From Eledone cirrhosa (taxonomy: Eukaryota), in NCBI GenBank assembly GCA_964016885.1, contig OZ024742.1, forward strand, positions 349,432,001-349,496,000: a DNA stretch of 64,000 bases. The letters are read 5' to 3'. Shown here piece after piece: positions 1-16,356 of the stretch. The notes beneath the pieces were generated by a model. The model did not search any database. It saw only the letters and a program-made list of their open reading frames with translations, and was not told the origin of the DNA. The stretch's first letter is position 1; every line of letters starts with the position of its first letter. The position numbers and the translations under genes are program-made.

Positions 1-3000
1 TCTGATATCATCGCAGTACCCTGTCTAAAACTCTATAACTCCGATATCATCGCAGAACCCTGTCTAAAACTCTATAACTCTGATATCATTGCAGTACCCT
101 GTCTAAAACTCTCTAACTCTGATATCATCGCAGTACCCTGTCTAAAACTCTATAACTCTGATATCATTGCAGTACCCTGTCTAAAACTCTATAACTCTTA
201 TAACATCGCAAAATCCTGTCTAAATCTCTATAACTCTGATATCATCGCAGTAGCCTGTCTAGAACTCTATAACTCTGATATCATCGCAGTACCCTGTCTA
301 GAACTCTATAACTCTGATATCATCGCAGAACCCTGTCTAAAACTCTCTAACTCTGATATCATTGCAGTACCCTGTCTAAAATTCTATAACTCTGATATCA
401 TCGCAGAACCCTGTCTAAAACTCTCTAACTCTGATATCATTGCAGAACCCTGTCTAAAATTCTATAACTCTGATATCATCGCAGTACCCTGTCTAAAACT
501 CTATAACTCTGATATCATTGCAGTACCCTTTTTAAAATTCTATAACTCTGATATCATCGCAGTACCCTGTCTAAAACTCTATAACTCTGATATCATTGCG
601 GTACCCTGTCTAAAACTCTATAACTCTGATATCATCACAGTACCCTGTCTAAAACTCTATAACTCCGATATCATCGCAGTACCCTGTCTAAAACTCTATA
701 ACTCTGATATCATCGCAGTACCTGTCTACAACTCCATAACTCTGATATCATCGCAGTACCCTGTCTAAAACTCTATAACTCTGATATCATCGCAGTACCT
801 GTCTAAAACTCTATAACTCTGATATCATTGCAGTACCCTGTCTAAAACTCTCTAACTCTGATATCATCGCAGTACCCTGTCTAAAACTCTATAATTCTGA
901 TATCATTGCAGTACCCTGTCTAAAACTCTATAACTCTGATAACATCGCAAAACCCTGTCTAAATCTCTATAACTCTGATATCATCGCAGTAGCCTGTCTA
1001 GAACTCTATAACTCTGATATCATCGCAGTACCCTGTCTAGAACTCTATAACTCTGATATCATCGCAGAACCCTGTCTAAAACTCTCTAACTCTGATATCA
1101 TTGCAGTACCCTGTCTAAAATTCCATAACTCTGATATCATCGCAGAACCCTGTCTAAAACTCTCTAACTCTGATATCATTGCAGAACCCTGTCTAAAATT
1201 CTATAACTCTGATATCATCGCAGTACCCTGTCTAAAACTCTATAACTCTGATATCATTGCAGTACCCTTTTTAAAATTCTATAACTCTGATATCATCGCA
1301 GTACCCTGTCTAAAACTATATAACTCTGATATCATTGCGGTACCCTGTCGAAAACTCTATAACTCTGATATCATCGCAGTACCCTGTTTAAATCTCTATA
1401 ACTCTGATATCATCGCAGTACCCTGTCTAGAACTCTATAACTCTGATATCATCGCAGTACCCTGTCTAAAACTCTATAACTCCGATATCATCGCAGTACC
1501 CTGTCTAAAACTCTATAACTCTGATAACATCGCAAAACCCTGTCTAAATCTCTATAACTCTGATGTCATCGCAGTACCCTGTCTAGAACTCTATAACTCT
1601 GATATCATCGCAGAACCCTGTCTAAAACTCTCTAACTCTGATATCATTGCAGTACCCTGTCTAAAATTCTATAACTGTGATATCATCACAGAACCCTGTC
1701 TAAAACTCTATAACTCTGATATCATAGCAGAACCCTGTCTAAAATTCTATAACTCTGATATCATCGCAGTACCCTGTCTAAAACTCTATAACTCTGATAT
1801 CATTGCAGTACCCAGTCTAAAATTCTATAACTCTGATATCATCGCAGTACCCTGTCTAAAACTATATATCTCTGACATCATTGCGGTACCCTGTCTAAAA
1901 CTCTATAACTCTGATATCATCGCAGTACCCTGTTTAAATCTCTATAACTCTGATATCATCGCAGTACCCTGTCTAAAACTATATATCTCTGACATCATTG
2001 CGGTACCCTGTCTAAAACTCTATAACTCCGATATCATCGCAGAACCCTGTCTAAAACTCTATAACTCTGATATCATTGCAGTACCCTGTCTAAAACTCTA
2101 TAACTCTTATAACATCGCAAAAACCTGTCTAAATCTCTATAACTCTGATATCATCGCAGTAGCCTGTCTAGAACTCTATAACTCTGATATCATCGCAGTA
2201 CCCTGTCTAGAACTCTATAACTCTGATATCATCGCAGAACCCTCTCTAAAACTCTCTAACTCTGATATCATTGCAGTACCCTGTCTAAAATTCTATAACT
2301 CTGATATCATCGCAGAACCCTGTCTAAAACTCTCTAACTCTGATATCATTGCAGAACCCTGTCTAAAATTCTATAACTCTGATATCATCGCAGTACCCTG
2401 TCTAAAACTCTATAACTCTGATATCATTGCAGTACCCTTTTTAAAATTCTATAACTCTGATATCATCGAAGTACCCTGTCTAAAACTCTATAACTCTGAT
2501 ATCATTGCGGTACCCTGTCTAAAACTCTATAACTCTGATATCATCACAGTACCCTGTCTAAAACTCTATAACTCCGATATCATCGCAGTACCCTGTCTAA
2601 AACTCTATAACTCTGATATCATCGCAGTACCTGTCTACAACTCCATAACTCTGATATCATCGCAGTACCCTGTCTAAAACTCTATAACTCTGATATCATC
2701 GCAGTACCTGTCTAAAACTCTATAACTCTGATATCATTGCAGTACCCTGTCTAAAACTATCTAACTCTGATATCATCGCAGTACCCTGTCTAAAACTCTA
2801 TAATTCTGATATCATTGCAGTACCCTGTCTAAAACTCTATAACTCTGATAACATCGCAAAACCCTGTCTAAATCTCTATAACTCTGATATCATCGCAGTA
2901 GCCTGTCTAGAACTGTATAACTCTGATATCATCGCAGTACCCTGTCTAGAACTCTATAACTCTGATATCAACGCAGAACCCTGTCTAAAATTCTCTAACT

Positions 3001-6000
3001 CTGATATCATTGCAGTACCCTGTCTAAAATTCTATAACTCTGATATCATCGCAGAACCCTGTCTAAAACTCTCTAACTCTGATATCATTGCAGAACCCTG
3101 TCTAAAATTCTATAACTCTGATATCATCGCAGTACCCTGTCTAAAACTCTATAACTCTGATATCATTGCAGTACCCTTTTTAAAATTCTATAACTCTGAT
3201 ATCATCGCAGTACCCTGTCTAAAACTATATAACTCTGATATCATTGCGGTACCCTGTCTAAAACTCTATAACTCTGATATTATCGCAGTACCCTGTTTAA
3301 ATCTCTATAACTCTGATATCATCGCAGTACCCTGTCTAGAACTCTATAACTCTGATATCATCGCAGTACCCTGTCTAAAACTCTATAACTCCGATATCAT
3401 CGCAGTACCCTGTCTAAAACTCTATAACTCTGATATCATCGCAGTACCTGTCTACAACTCCATAACTCTGATATCATCGCAGTACCCTGTCTAAAACTCT
3501 ATAACTCTGATATCATCGCAGTACCTGTCTAAAACTCTATAACTCTGATATCATTGCAGTACCCTGTCTAAAACTCTCTAACTCTGATATCATCGCAGTA
3601 CCCTGTCTAAAACTCTTTTATTCTGATATCATTGCAGTACCCTGTCTAAAACTCTATAACTCTGATAACATCGCAAAACCCTGTCTAAATCTCTATAACT
3701 CTGATATCATCGCAGTACCCTGTCTAGAACTCTATAACTCTGATATCATCGCAGAACCCTGTCTAAAACTCTCTAACTCTGATATCATTGCAGTACCCTG
3801 TCTAAAACTCTATAACTCTGATATCATTGCAGTACCCTGTCTAAAATTCTATAACTCTGATATCATCGCAGTACCCTGTCTAGAACTCTATATCTCTGAT
3901 ATCATCGCATTACCCTGTCTAAAACTCTATAACTCTGATATCATCGCAGTACCCTGTCTAAAACTCTATAACTCCGATATCATCCCAGAACCCTGTCTAA
4001 AACTCTATAACTCTGATATCATCGCAGTACCCTGTCTAGAACTCTATAACTCTGATATCATCGCAGTACCCTGTCTAAAATTCTATAACTCCGATATCAT
4101 CGCAGTACCCTGTCTAGAACTCTATAACTCTGATATCATCGCAGAACCCTGTCTAAAACTCTCTAACTCTGATATCATTGCAGTACCCTGTCTAAAACTC
4201 TATAACTCTGATATCATTGCAGTACCCTGTCTAAAATTCTATAACTCTGATATCATCGCAGTACCCTGTCTAGAACTCTATATCTCTGATATCATCGCAG
4301 TACCCTGTCTAAAACTCTATAACTCTGATATCATCGCAGTACCCTGTCTAAAACTCTATAACTCCGATATCATCCCAGAACCCTGTCTAGAACTCTATAA
4401 CTCTGATATCATAGCAGTACCCTGTCTAGAACTCTATAACTCTGATATCATCGCAGAAACCTGTCTAAAACTCTCTAACTCTGATATCATTGCAGTACCC
4501 TGTCTAAAATTCCATAACTCTGATATCATCGCAGAACCCTGTCTAAAACTCTCTAACTCTGATATCATTGCAGAACCCTGTCTAAAATTCTATAACTCTG
4601 ATATCATCGCAGTACCCTGTCTAAAACTCTATAACTCTGATATCATTGCAGTACCCTTTTTAAAATTCTATAACTCTGATATCATCGCATTACCCTGTCT
4701 AAAACTATATAACTCTGATATCATTGCGGTAGCCTGTCTAAAACTCTATAACTCTGATATCATCGCAGTACCCTGTTTAAATCTCTATAACTCTGATATC
4801 ATCGCAGTACCCTGTCTAGAACTCTATAACTCTGATATCATCGCAGTACCCTGTCTAAAATTCTATAACTCCGATATCATCGCAGTACCCTGTCTAAAAC
4901 TCTATAACTCTGATATCATCGCAGTACCTGTCTACAACTCCATAACTCTGATATCATCGCAGTACCCTGTCTAAAACTCTATAACTCTGATATCATCGCA
5001 GTACCTGTCTAAAACTCTCTAACTCTGATATCATCGCAGTACCCTGTCTAAAACTCTTTTATTCTGATATCATTGCAGTACCCTGTCTAAAACTCTATAA
5101 CTCTGATAACATCGCAAAACCCTGTCTAAATCTCTATAACTCTGATATCATCGCAGTACCCTGTCTAGAACTCTATAACTCTGATATCATCGCAGAACCC
5201 TGTCTAAAACTCTCTAACTCCGATATCATCCCAGAACCCTGTCTAAAACTCTATAACTCTGATATCATTGCATTACCCTGTCTAAAACTCTATAACTCTG
5301 ATATCATCGCAGTACCCTGTCTAAAACTCTATAACTCCGATATCATCGCAGAACCCTGTCTAAAACTCTATAACTCTGATATCATTGCAGTACCCTGTCT
5401 AAAACTCTCTAACTCTGATATCATCGCAGTACCCTGTCTAAAACTCTATAACTCTGATAACATTGCAGTACCCTGTCTAAAACTCTATAACTCTTATAAC
5501 ATCGCAAAATCCTGTCTAAATCTCTATAACTCTGATATCATCGCAGTAGCCTGTCTAGAACTCTATAACTCTGATATCATCGCAGTACCCTGTCTAGAAC
5601 TCTATAACTCTGATATCATCGCAGAACCCTCTCTAAAACTCTCTAACTCTGATATCATTGCAGTACCCTGTCTAAAATTCTATAACTCTGATATCATCGC
5701 AGAACCCTGTCTAAAACTCTCTAACTCTGATATCATTGCAGAACCCTGTCTAAAATTCTATAACTCTGATATCATCGCAGTACCCTGTCTAAAACTCTAT
5801 AACTCTGATATCATTGCAGTACCCTTTTTAAAATTCTATAACTCTGATATCATCGAAGTACCCTGTCTAAAACTCTATAACTCTGATATCATTGCGGTAC
5901 CCTGTCTAAAACTCTATAACTCTGATATCATCACAGTACCCTGTCTAAAACTCTATAACTCCGATATCATCGCAGTACCCTGTCTAAAACTCTATAACTC

Positions 6001-9000
6001 TGATATCATCGCAGTACCTGTCTACAACTCCATAACTCTGATATCATCGCAGTACCCTGTCTAAAACTCTATAACTCTGATATCATCGCAGTACCTGTCT
6101 AAAACTCTATAACTCTGATATCATTGCAGTACCCTGTCTAAAACTATCTAACTCTGATATCATCGCAGTACCCTGTCTAAAACTCTATAATTCTGATATC
6201 ATTGCAGTACCCTGTCTAAAACTCTATAACTCTGATAACATCGCAAAACCCTGTCTAAATCTCTATAACTCTGATATCATCGCAGTAGCCTGTCTAGAAC
6301 TGTATAACTCTGATATCATCGCAGTACCCTGTCTAGAACTCTATAACTCTGATATCAACGCAGAACCCTGTCTAAAATTCTCTAACTCTGATATCATTGC
6401 AGTACCCTGTCTAAAATTCTATAACTCTGATATCATCGCAGAACCCTGTCTAAAACTCTCTAACTCTGATATCATTGCAGAACCCTGTCTAAAATTCTAT
6501 AACTCTGATATCATCGCAGTACCCTGTCTAAAACTCTATAACTCTGATATCATTGCAGTACCCTTTTTAAAATTCTATAACTCTGATATCATCGCAGTAC
6601 CCTGTCTAAAACTATATAACTCTGATATCATTGCGGTACCCTGTCTAAAACTCTATAACTCTGATATTATCGCAGTACCCTGTTTAAATCTCTATAACTC
6701 TGATATCATCGCAGTACCCTGTCTAGAACTCTATAACTCTGATATCATCGCAGTACCCTGTCTAAAACTCTATAACTCCGATATCATCGCAGTACCCTGT
6801 CTAAAACTCTATAACTCTGATATCATCGCAGTACCTGTCTACAACTCCATAACTCTGATATCATCGCAGTACCCTGTCTAAAACTCTATAACTCTGATAT
6901 CATCGCAGTACCTGTCTAAAACTCTATAACTCTGATATCATTGCAGTACCCTGTCTAAAACTCTCTAACTCTGATATCATCGCAGTACCCTGTCTAAAAC
7001 TCTTTTATTCTGATATCATTGCAGTACCCTGTCTAAAACTCTATAACTCTGATAACATCGCAAAACCCTGTCTAAATCTCTATAACTCTGATATCATCGC
7101 AGTACCCTGTCTAGAACTCTATAACTCTGATATCATCGCAGAACCCTGTCTAAAACTCTCTAACTCTGATATCATTGCAGTACCCTGTCTAAAACTCTAT
7201 AACTCTGATATCATTGCAGTACCCTGTCTAAAATTCTATAACTCTGATATCATCGCAGTACCCTGTCTAGAACTCTATATCTCTGATATCATCGCATTAC
7301 CCTGTCTAAAACTCTATAACTCTGATATCATCGCAGTACCCTGTCTAAAACTCTATAACTCCGATATCATCCCAGAACCCTGTCTAAAACTCTATAACTC
7401 TGATATCATCGCAGTACCCTGTCTAGAACTCTATAACTCTGATATCATCGCAGTACCCTGTCTAAAATTCTATAACTCCGATATCATCGCAGTACCCTGT
7501 CTAGAACTCTATAACTCTGATATCATCGCAGAACCCTGTCTAAAACTCTCTAACTCTGATATCATTGCAGTACCCTGTCTAAAACTCTATAACTCTGATA
7601 TCATTGCAGTACCCTGTCTAAAATTCTATAACTCTGATATCATCGCAGTACCCTGTCTAGAACTCTATATCTCTGATATCATCGCAGTACCCTGTCTAAA
7701 ACTCTATAACTCTGATATCATCGCAGTACCCTGTCTAAAACTCTATAACTCCGATATCATCCCAGAACCCTGTCTAGAACTCTATAACTCTGATATCATA
7801 GCAGTACCCTGTCTAGAACTCTATAACTCTGATATCATCGCAGAAACCTGTCTAAAACTCTCTAACTCTGATATCATTGCAGTACCCTGTCTAAAATTCC
7901 ATAACTCTGATATCATCGCAGAACCCTGTCTAAAACTCTCTAACTCTGATATCATTGCAGAACCCTGTCTAAAATTCTATAACTCTGATATCATCGCAGT
8001 ACCCTGTCTAAAACTCTATAACTCTGATATCATTGCAGTACCCTTTTTAAAATTCTATAACTCTGATATCATCGCATTACCCTGTCTAAAACTATATAAC
8101 TCTGATATCATTGCGGTAGCCTGTCTAAAACTCTATAACTCTGATATCATCGCAGTACCCTGTTTAAATCTCTATAACTCTGATATCATCGCAGTACCCT
8201 GTCTAGAACTCTATAACTCTGATATCATCGCAGTACCCTGTCTAAAATTCTATAACTCCGATATCATCGCAGTACCCTGTCTAAAACTCTATAACTCTGA
8301 TATCATCGCAGTACCTGTCTACAACTCCATAACTCTGATATCATCGCAGTACCCTGTCTAAAACTCTATAACTCTGATATCATCGCAGTACCTGTCTAAA
8401 ACTCTCTAACTCTGATATCATCGCAGTACCCTGTCTAAAACTCTTTTATTCTGATATCATTGCAGTACCCTGTCTAAAACTCTATAACTCTGATAACATC
8501 GCAAAACCCTGTCTAAATCTCTATAACTCTGATATCATCGCAGTACCCTGTCTAGAACTCTATAACTCTGATATCATCGCAGAACCCTGTCTAAAACTCT
8601 CTAACTCCGATATCATCCCAGAACCCTGTCTAAAACTCTATAACTCTGATATCATTGCATTACCCTGTCTAAAACTCTATAACTCTGATATCATCGCAGT
8701 ACCCTGTCTAAAACTCTATAACTCCGATATCATCGCAGAACCCTGTCTAAAACTCTATAACTCTGATATCATTGCAGTACCCTGTCTAAAACTCTCTAAC
8801 TCTGATATCATCGCAGTACCCTGTCTAAAACTCTATAACTCTGATAACATTGCAGTACCCTGTCTAAAACTCTATAACTCTTATAACATCGCAAAATCCT
8901 GTCTAAATCTCTATAACTCTGATATCATCGCAGTAGCCTGTCTAGAACTCTATAACTCTGATATCATCGCAGTACCCTGTCTAGAACTCTATAACTCTGA

Positions 9001-12000
9001 TATCATCGCAGAACCCTGTCTAAAACTCTCTAACTCTGATATCATTGCAGTACCCTGTCTAAAATTCTATAACTCTGATATCATCGCAGAACCCTGTCTA
9101 AAACTCTCTAACTCTGATATCATTGCAGAACCCTGTCTAAAATTCTATAACTCTGATATCATCGCAGTACCCTGTCTAAAACTCTATAACTCTGATATCA
9201 TTGCAGTACCCTTTTTAAAATTCTATAACTCTGATATCATCGCAGTACCCTGTCTAAAACTCTATAACTCTGATATCATTGCGGTACCCTGTCTAAAACT
9301 CTATAACTCTGATATCATCACAGTACCCTGTCTAAAACTCTATAACTCCGATATCATCGCAGTACCCTGTCTAAAACTCTATAACTCTGATATCATCGCA
9401 GTACCTGTCTACAACTCCATAACTCTGATATCATCGCAGTACCCTGTCTAAAACTCTATAACTCTGATATCATCGCAGTACCTGTCTAAAACTCTATAAC
9501 TCTGATATCATTGCAGTACCCTGTCTAAAACTCTCTAACTCTGATATCATCGCAGTACCCTGTCTAAAACTCTATAATTCTGATATCATTGCAGTACCCT
9601 GTCTAAAACTCTATAACTCTGATAACATCGCAAAACCCTGTCTAAATCTCTATAACTCTGATATCATCGCAGTAGCCTGTCTAGAACTCTATAACTCTGA
9701 TATCATCGCAGTACCCTGTCTAGAACTCTATAACTCTGATATCATCGCAGAACCCTGTCTAAAACTCTCTAACTCTGATATCATTGCAGTACCCTGTCTA
9801 AAATTCCATAACTCTGATATCATCGCAGAACCCTGTCTAAAACTCTCTAACTCTGATATCATTGCAGAACCCTGTCTAAAATTCTATAACTCTGATATCA
9901 TCGCAGTACCCTGTCTAAAACTCTATAACTCTGATATCATTGCAGTACCCTTTTTAAAATTCTATAACTCTGATATCATCGCAGTACCCTGTCTAAAACT
10001 ATATAACTCTGATATCATTGCGGTACCCTGTCGAAAACTCTATAACTCTGATATCATCGCAGTACCCTGTTTAAATCTCTATAACTCTGATATCATCGCA
10101 GTACCCTGTCTAGAACTCTATAACTCTGATATCATCGCAGTACCCTGTCTAAAACTCTATAACTCCGATATCATCGCAGTACCCTGTCTAAAACTCTATA
10201 ACTCTGATATCATCGCAGTACCTGTCTACAACTCCATAACTCTGATATCATCGCAGTACCCTGTCTAAAACTCTATAACTCTGATATCATCGCAGTACCT
10301 GTCTAAAACTCTCTAACTCTGATATCATCGCAGTACCCTGTCTAAAACTCTTTTATTCTGATATCATTGCAGTACCCTGTCTAAAACTCTATAACTCTGA
10401 TAACATCGCAAAACCCTGTCTAAATCTCTATAACTCTGATATCATCGCAGTACCCTGTCTAGAACTCTATAACTCTGATATCATCGCAGAACCCTGTCTA
10501 AAACTCTCTAACTCTGATATCATTGCAGTACCCAGTCTAAAATTCTATAACTCTGATATCATCGCAGTACCCTGTCTAAAACTATATATCTCTGATATCA
10601 TTGCGGTACCCTGTCTAAAACTCTATAACTCTGATATCATCGCAGTACCCTGTTTAAATCTCTATAACTCTGATATCATCGCAGTACCCTATCTAGAACT
10701 CTATAACTCTGGTATCATCGCAGTACCCTGTCTAAAACTCTATAACTCTGATATCATCGCAGTACCTGTCTACAACTCTATAACTCTGATATCATCGCAG
10801 TACCCTATCTAGAACTCTATAACACTGATATCATCGCAGTACCCTGTCTAAAACTCTATAACTCTGATATCATCGCAGTACCCTGTCTAGAACTCTATAA
10901 CTCTGATATCATTGCAGTACCCTGTCTAAAATTCTATAACTCTGATATCATCGCAGTACCCTGTCTAAAACTCCATAACTCTGATATCATCGCAGTACCC
11001 TGTCTAAAACTCTATATCTCTGATATAATTGCAGTACCCTGTCTAAAACTCTATAACTCTGATATCATCGCAGTACCTGTCTAAAACTCTATAACTCTGA
11101 TATCATCGCAGTACCCTGTCTAAAACTCTATAACTCCGATATCATCGCAGAACCCTGTCTAAAACTCTATAACTCTGATATCATTGCAGTACCCTGTCTA
11201 AAATTCTATAACTCTGATATCATCGCAGTACCCTGTCTAGAACTCTATATCTCTGATATCATCGCAGTACCCTGTCTAAAACTCTATAACTCTGATATCA
11301 TCGCAGTACCCTGTCTACAACTCTAGAACTCCGATATCATCGCAGAACCCTGTCTAAAACTCTATAACTCTGATATCATTGCAGTACCCTGTCTAAAACT
11401 CTCTAACTCTGATATCATCGCAGTACCCTGTCTAAAACTCTATAACTCTGATATCATTGCAGTAACCTGTGTAAAACTCTATAACTCTGATAACATCGCA
11501 AAACCCTGTCTAAATCTCTATAACTCTGACATCATCGCAGTAGCCTGTCTAGAACTCTATAACTCTGATATCATCGCAGTACCCTGTCTAAAACTCTATA
11601 ACTCTGATATCATCGCAGAACCCTGTCTAAAACTCTCTAACTCTGATATCATTGCAGTACCCTGTCTAAAATTCTATAACTCTGATATCATCGCAGAACC
11701 CTGTCTAAAACTCTCTAACTCTGATATCATTGCAGAACCCTGTCTAAAATTCTATAACTCTGATATCATCGCAGTACCCTGTCTAAAACTCTATAACTCT
11801 GATATCATTGCAGTACCCTTTTTAAAATTCTATAACTCTGATATCATCGCAGTAACCTGTCTAAAACTATATAACTCTGATATCATTGCGGCAACCTGTC
11901 TAAAACTCTATAACTCTGATATCATCGCAGTACCCTGTTTAAATCTCTATAACTCTGATATCATCGCAGTACCCTGTCTAGAACTCTATAACACTGATAT

Positions 12001-15000
12001 CATCGCAGTACCCTGTCTAAAACTCTATAACTCCGATATCATCGCAGTACCCTGTCTAAAACTCTATAACTCTGATATCATCGCAGTACCTGTCTACAAC
12101 TCCATAACTCTGATATCATCGCAGTACCCTGTCTAAAACTCTATAACTCTGATATCATCGCAGTACCTGTCTAAAACTCTATAACTCTGATATCATTGCA
12201 GTACCCTGTCTAAAACTCTCTAACTCTGATATCATCGCAGTACCCTGTCTAAAACTCTATAATTCTGATATCATTGCAGTACCCTGTCTAAAACTCTATA
12301 ACTCTGATAACATCGCAAAACCCTGTCTAAATCTCTATAACTCTGATATCATCGCAGTACCCTGTCTAGAACTCTATAACTCTGATATCATCGCAGAACC
12401 CTGTCTAAAACTCTCTAACTCTGATATCATTGCAGTACCCTGTCTAAAATTCTATAACTCTGATATCATCGCAGAACCCTGTCTAAAACTCTATAACTCT
12501 GATATCATAGCAGAACCCTGTCTAAAATTCTATAACTCTGATATCATCGCAGTACCCTGTCTAAAACTCTATAACTCTGATATCATTGCAGTACCCAGTC
12601 TAAAATTCTATAACTCTGATATCATCGCAGTACCCTATCTAAAACTATATATCTCTGACATCATTGCGGTACCCTGTCTAAAACTCTATAACTCTGATAT
12701 CATCGCAGTACCCTGTTTAAATCTCTATAACTCTGATATCATCGCAGTACCCTGTCTAGAACTCTATAACTCTGGTATCATCGCAGTACCCTGTCTAAAA
12801 CTCTATAACTCTGATATCATCGCAGTACCTGTCTACAACTCTATAACTCTGATATCATCGCAGTACCCTATCTAGAACTCTATAACACTGATATCATCGC
12901 AGTACCCTGTCTAAAACTCTATAACTCTGATATCATCGCAGTACCCTGTCTAGAACTCTATAACTCTGATATCATTGCAGTACCCTGTCTAAAATTCTAT
13001 AACTCTGATATCATCGCAGTACCCTGTCTAAAACTCCATAACTCTGATATCATCGCAGTACCCTGTCTAAAACTCTATATCTCTGATATAATTGCAGTAC
13101 CCTGTCTAAAACTCTATAACTCTGATATCATCGCAGTACCTGTCTAAAACTCTATAACTCTGATATCATCGCAGTACCCTGTCTAAAACTCTATAACTCC
13201 GATATCATCGCAGAACCCTGTCTAAAACTCTATAACTCTGATATCATTGCAGTACCCTGTCTAAAATTCTATAACTCTGATATCATCGCAGTACCCTGTC
13301 TAGAACTCTATATCTCTGATATCATCGCAGTACCCTGTCTAAAACTCTATAACTCTGATATCATCGCAGTACCCTGTCTAAAACTCTATAACTCCGATAT
13401 CATCCCAGAACCCTGTCTAAAACTCTATAACTCTGATATCATTGCATTACCCTGTCTAAAACTCTATAACTCTGATATCATCGCAGTACCCTGTCTAAAA
13501 CTCTATAACTCCGATATCATCGCAGAACCCTGTCTAAAACTCTATAACTCTGATATCATTGCAGTACCCTGTCTAAAACTCTCTAACTCTGATATCATCG
13601 CAGTACCCTGTCTAAAACTCTATAACTCTGATATCATTGCAGTACCCTGTCTAAAACTCTATAACTCTTATAACATCGCAAAATCCTGTCTAAATCTCTA
13701 TAACTCTGATATCATCGCAGTAGCCTGTCTAGAACTCTATAACTCTGATATCATCGCAGTACCCTGTCTAGAACTCTATAACTCTGATATCATCGCAGAA
13801 CCCTGTCTAAAACTCTCTAACTCTGATATCATTGCAGTACCCTGTCTAAAATTCTATAACTCTGATATCATCGCAGAACCCTGTCTAAAACTCTCTAACT
13901 CTGATATCATTGCAGAACCCTGTCTAAAATTCTATAACTCTGATATCATCGCAGTACCCTGTCTAAAACTCTATAACTCTGATATCATTGCAGTACCCTT
14001 TTTAAAATTCTATAACTCTGATATCATCGCAGTACCCTGTCTAAAACTATATAACTCTGATATCATTGCGGTACCCTGTCTAAAACTCTATAACTCTGAT
14101 ATCATCACAGTACCCTGTCTAAAACTCTATAACTCCGATATCATCGCAGTACCCTGTCTAAAACTCTATAACTCTGATATCATCGCAGTACCTGTCTACA
14201 ACTCCATAACTCTGATATCATCGCAGTACCCTATCTAAAACTCTATAACTCTGATATCATCGCAGTACCTGTCTAAAACTCTATAACTCTGATATCATTG
14301 CAGTACCCTGTCTAAAACTCTCTAACTCTGATATCATCGCAGTACCCTGTCTAAAACTCTATAATTCTGATATCATTGCAGTACCCTGTCTAAAACTCTA
14401 TAACTCTGATAACATCGCAAAACCCTGTCTAAATCTCTATAACTCTGATATCATCGCAGTAGCCTGTCTAGAACTCTATAACTCTGATATCATCGCAGTA
14501 CCCTGTCTAGAACTCTATAACTCTGATATCATCGCAGAACCCTGTCTAAAACTCTCTAACTCTGATATCATTGCAGTACCCTGTCTAAAATTCTATAACT
14601 CTGATATCATCGCAGAACCCTGTCTAAAACTCTCTAACTCTGATATCATTGCAGAACCCTGTCTAAAATTCTATAACTCTGATATCATCGCAGTACCCTG
14701 TCTAAAACTCTATAACTCTGATATCATTGCAGTACCCTTTTTAAAATTCTATAACTCTGATATCATCGCAGTACCCTGTCTAAAACTATATAACTCTGAT
14801 ATCATTGCGGTACCCTGTCTAAAACTCTATAACTTTGATATCATCGCAGTACCCTGTTTAAATCTCTATAACTCTGATATCATCGCAGTACCCTGTCTAG
14901 AACTCTATATCTCTGATATCATCGCAGTACCCTGTCTAAAACTCTATAACTCCGATATCATCGCAGTACCCTGTCTAAAACTCTATAACTCTGATATCAT

Positions 15001-15820
15001 CGCAGTACCTGTCTACAACTCTATAACTCTCATATCATCGCAGTACCCTGTCTAAAACTCTATAACTCTGATATCATCGCAGTACCTGTCTAAAACTCTA
15101 TAACTCTGATATCATTGCAGTACCCTGTCTAAAACTCTCTAACTCTGATATCATCGCAGTACTCTGTCTAAAACTCTATAACTCTGATATCATTGCAGTA
15201 CCCTGTCTAAAACTCTATAACTCTGATAACATCGCAAAACCCTGTCTAAATATCTATAACTCTGATATCATCGCAGTAGCCTGTCTAAACTCTATAACTC
15301 TGATATCATCGCAGTACCCTGTCTAAAATCCTATAACTCTGATATCATCGCAGAACCCTGTCTAAAACTCTCTAACTCTGATATCATTGCAGAACCCTTT
15401 CTAAAATTCTATAACTCTGATATCATCGCAGTACCCTGTCTAAAACTATATAACTCTGATATCATTGCGGTACCCTATCTAAAACTCTATAACTCTGATA
15501 TCATCGCAGTACCCTGTTTAAATCTCTATAACTCTGATATCATCGCAGTACCCTGTCTAGAACTCTATAACTCTGTTATCATCGCAGTACCCTGTCTAAA
15601 ACTCTATAACTCCGATATCATCGCAGTACCCTGTCTTAAACTCTATAACTCTGATATCATCGCAGTACCTGTCTACAACTCTATATCTCTGATATCATCG
15701 CAGTACCCTGTCTAAAACTCTATAACTCTGATATCATCGCAGTACCTGTCTAAAACTCTATAACTCTGATATCATCGCAGTACCTGTCTAAAACTCTATA
15801 ACTCCGATATCATCGCAGTA
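1..15820. repeat. 39-bp satellite array (consensus TCTGATATCATCGCAGTACCCTGTCTAAAACTCTATAAC) with higher-order structure
   Basis: Unit restarts at 1, 40 and 79, with some 38-bp variants. The array runs off the left edge and ends abruptly at ~15820. Confidence 0.98.
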
Positions 15821-16356
15821 AATAGATTTGTCTTAATTCATCCGTTTCACTTTCCGTTCTTTTCCACGATGTTTCGTGAACTTTCATAAATGGAATCTAG
15901 TTTTCTATTTTCTCAGATCCACCACAGTGCTTCAACTGTCGACATTTTGTTTCAGTGTTACCCAACTTATTTCATATCACTGCTTCTCTTCTCCTTCACA
16001 CTTTAAAACCTCTTTCATCATCGCAATCCTTGAAGTCTTTGAAATGAACCAGTGAAGCTATTTGTAAAGGTTGCTTCTGTTAAAAGATTATTGAAACTTT
16101 ATATGTCACAGATTCAACATTTTTTATTTGATTGTGACTCATTTAACTATAACAAACATACACTTTCAACACACACACGCACACACACATATATATATTA
16201 TATTATATAAATATATTATAAAGTGAAATGACAGGAGGCCAAATATGTAGAATTTCTTAAATTTTTTATATTTAATGATTATATATATATATATATAATA
16301 AAATTATTATTTTATAGATATAAATATATATATACATATATATATACATATATATA

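Noticed and set aside
1-15820. CRISPR-like regular repeats (also 56535-64000)
   Set aside because: No unique spacers, contiguous tandem monomers and eukaryotic context; these are satellites.
15990-16085. Possible minus-strand host exon (also 20830-20915)
   Set aside because: Short reading frames with plausible AG acceptors but no recognisable protein or partner exons.
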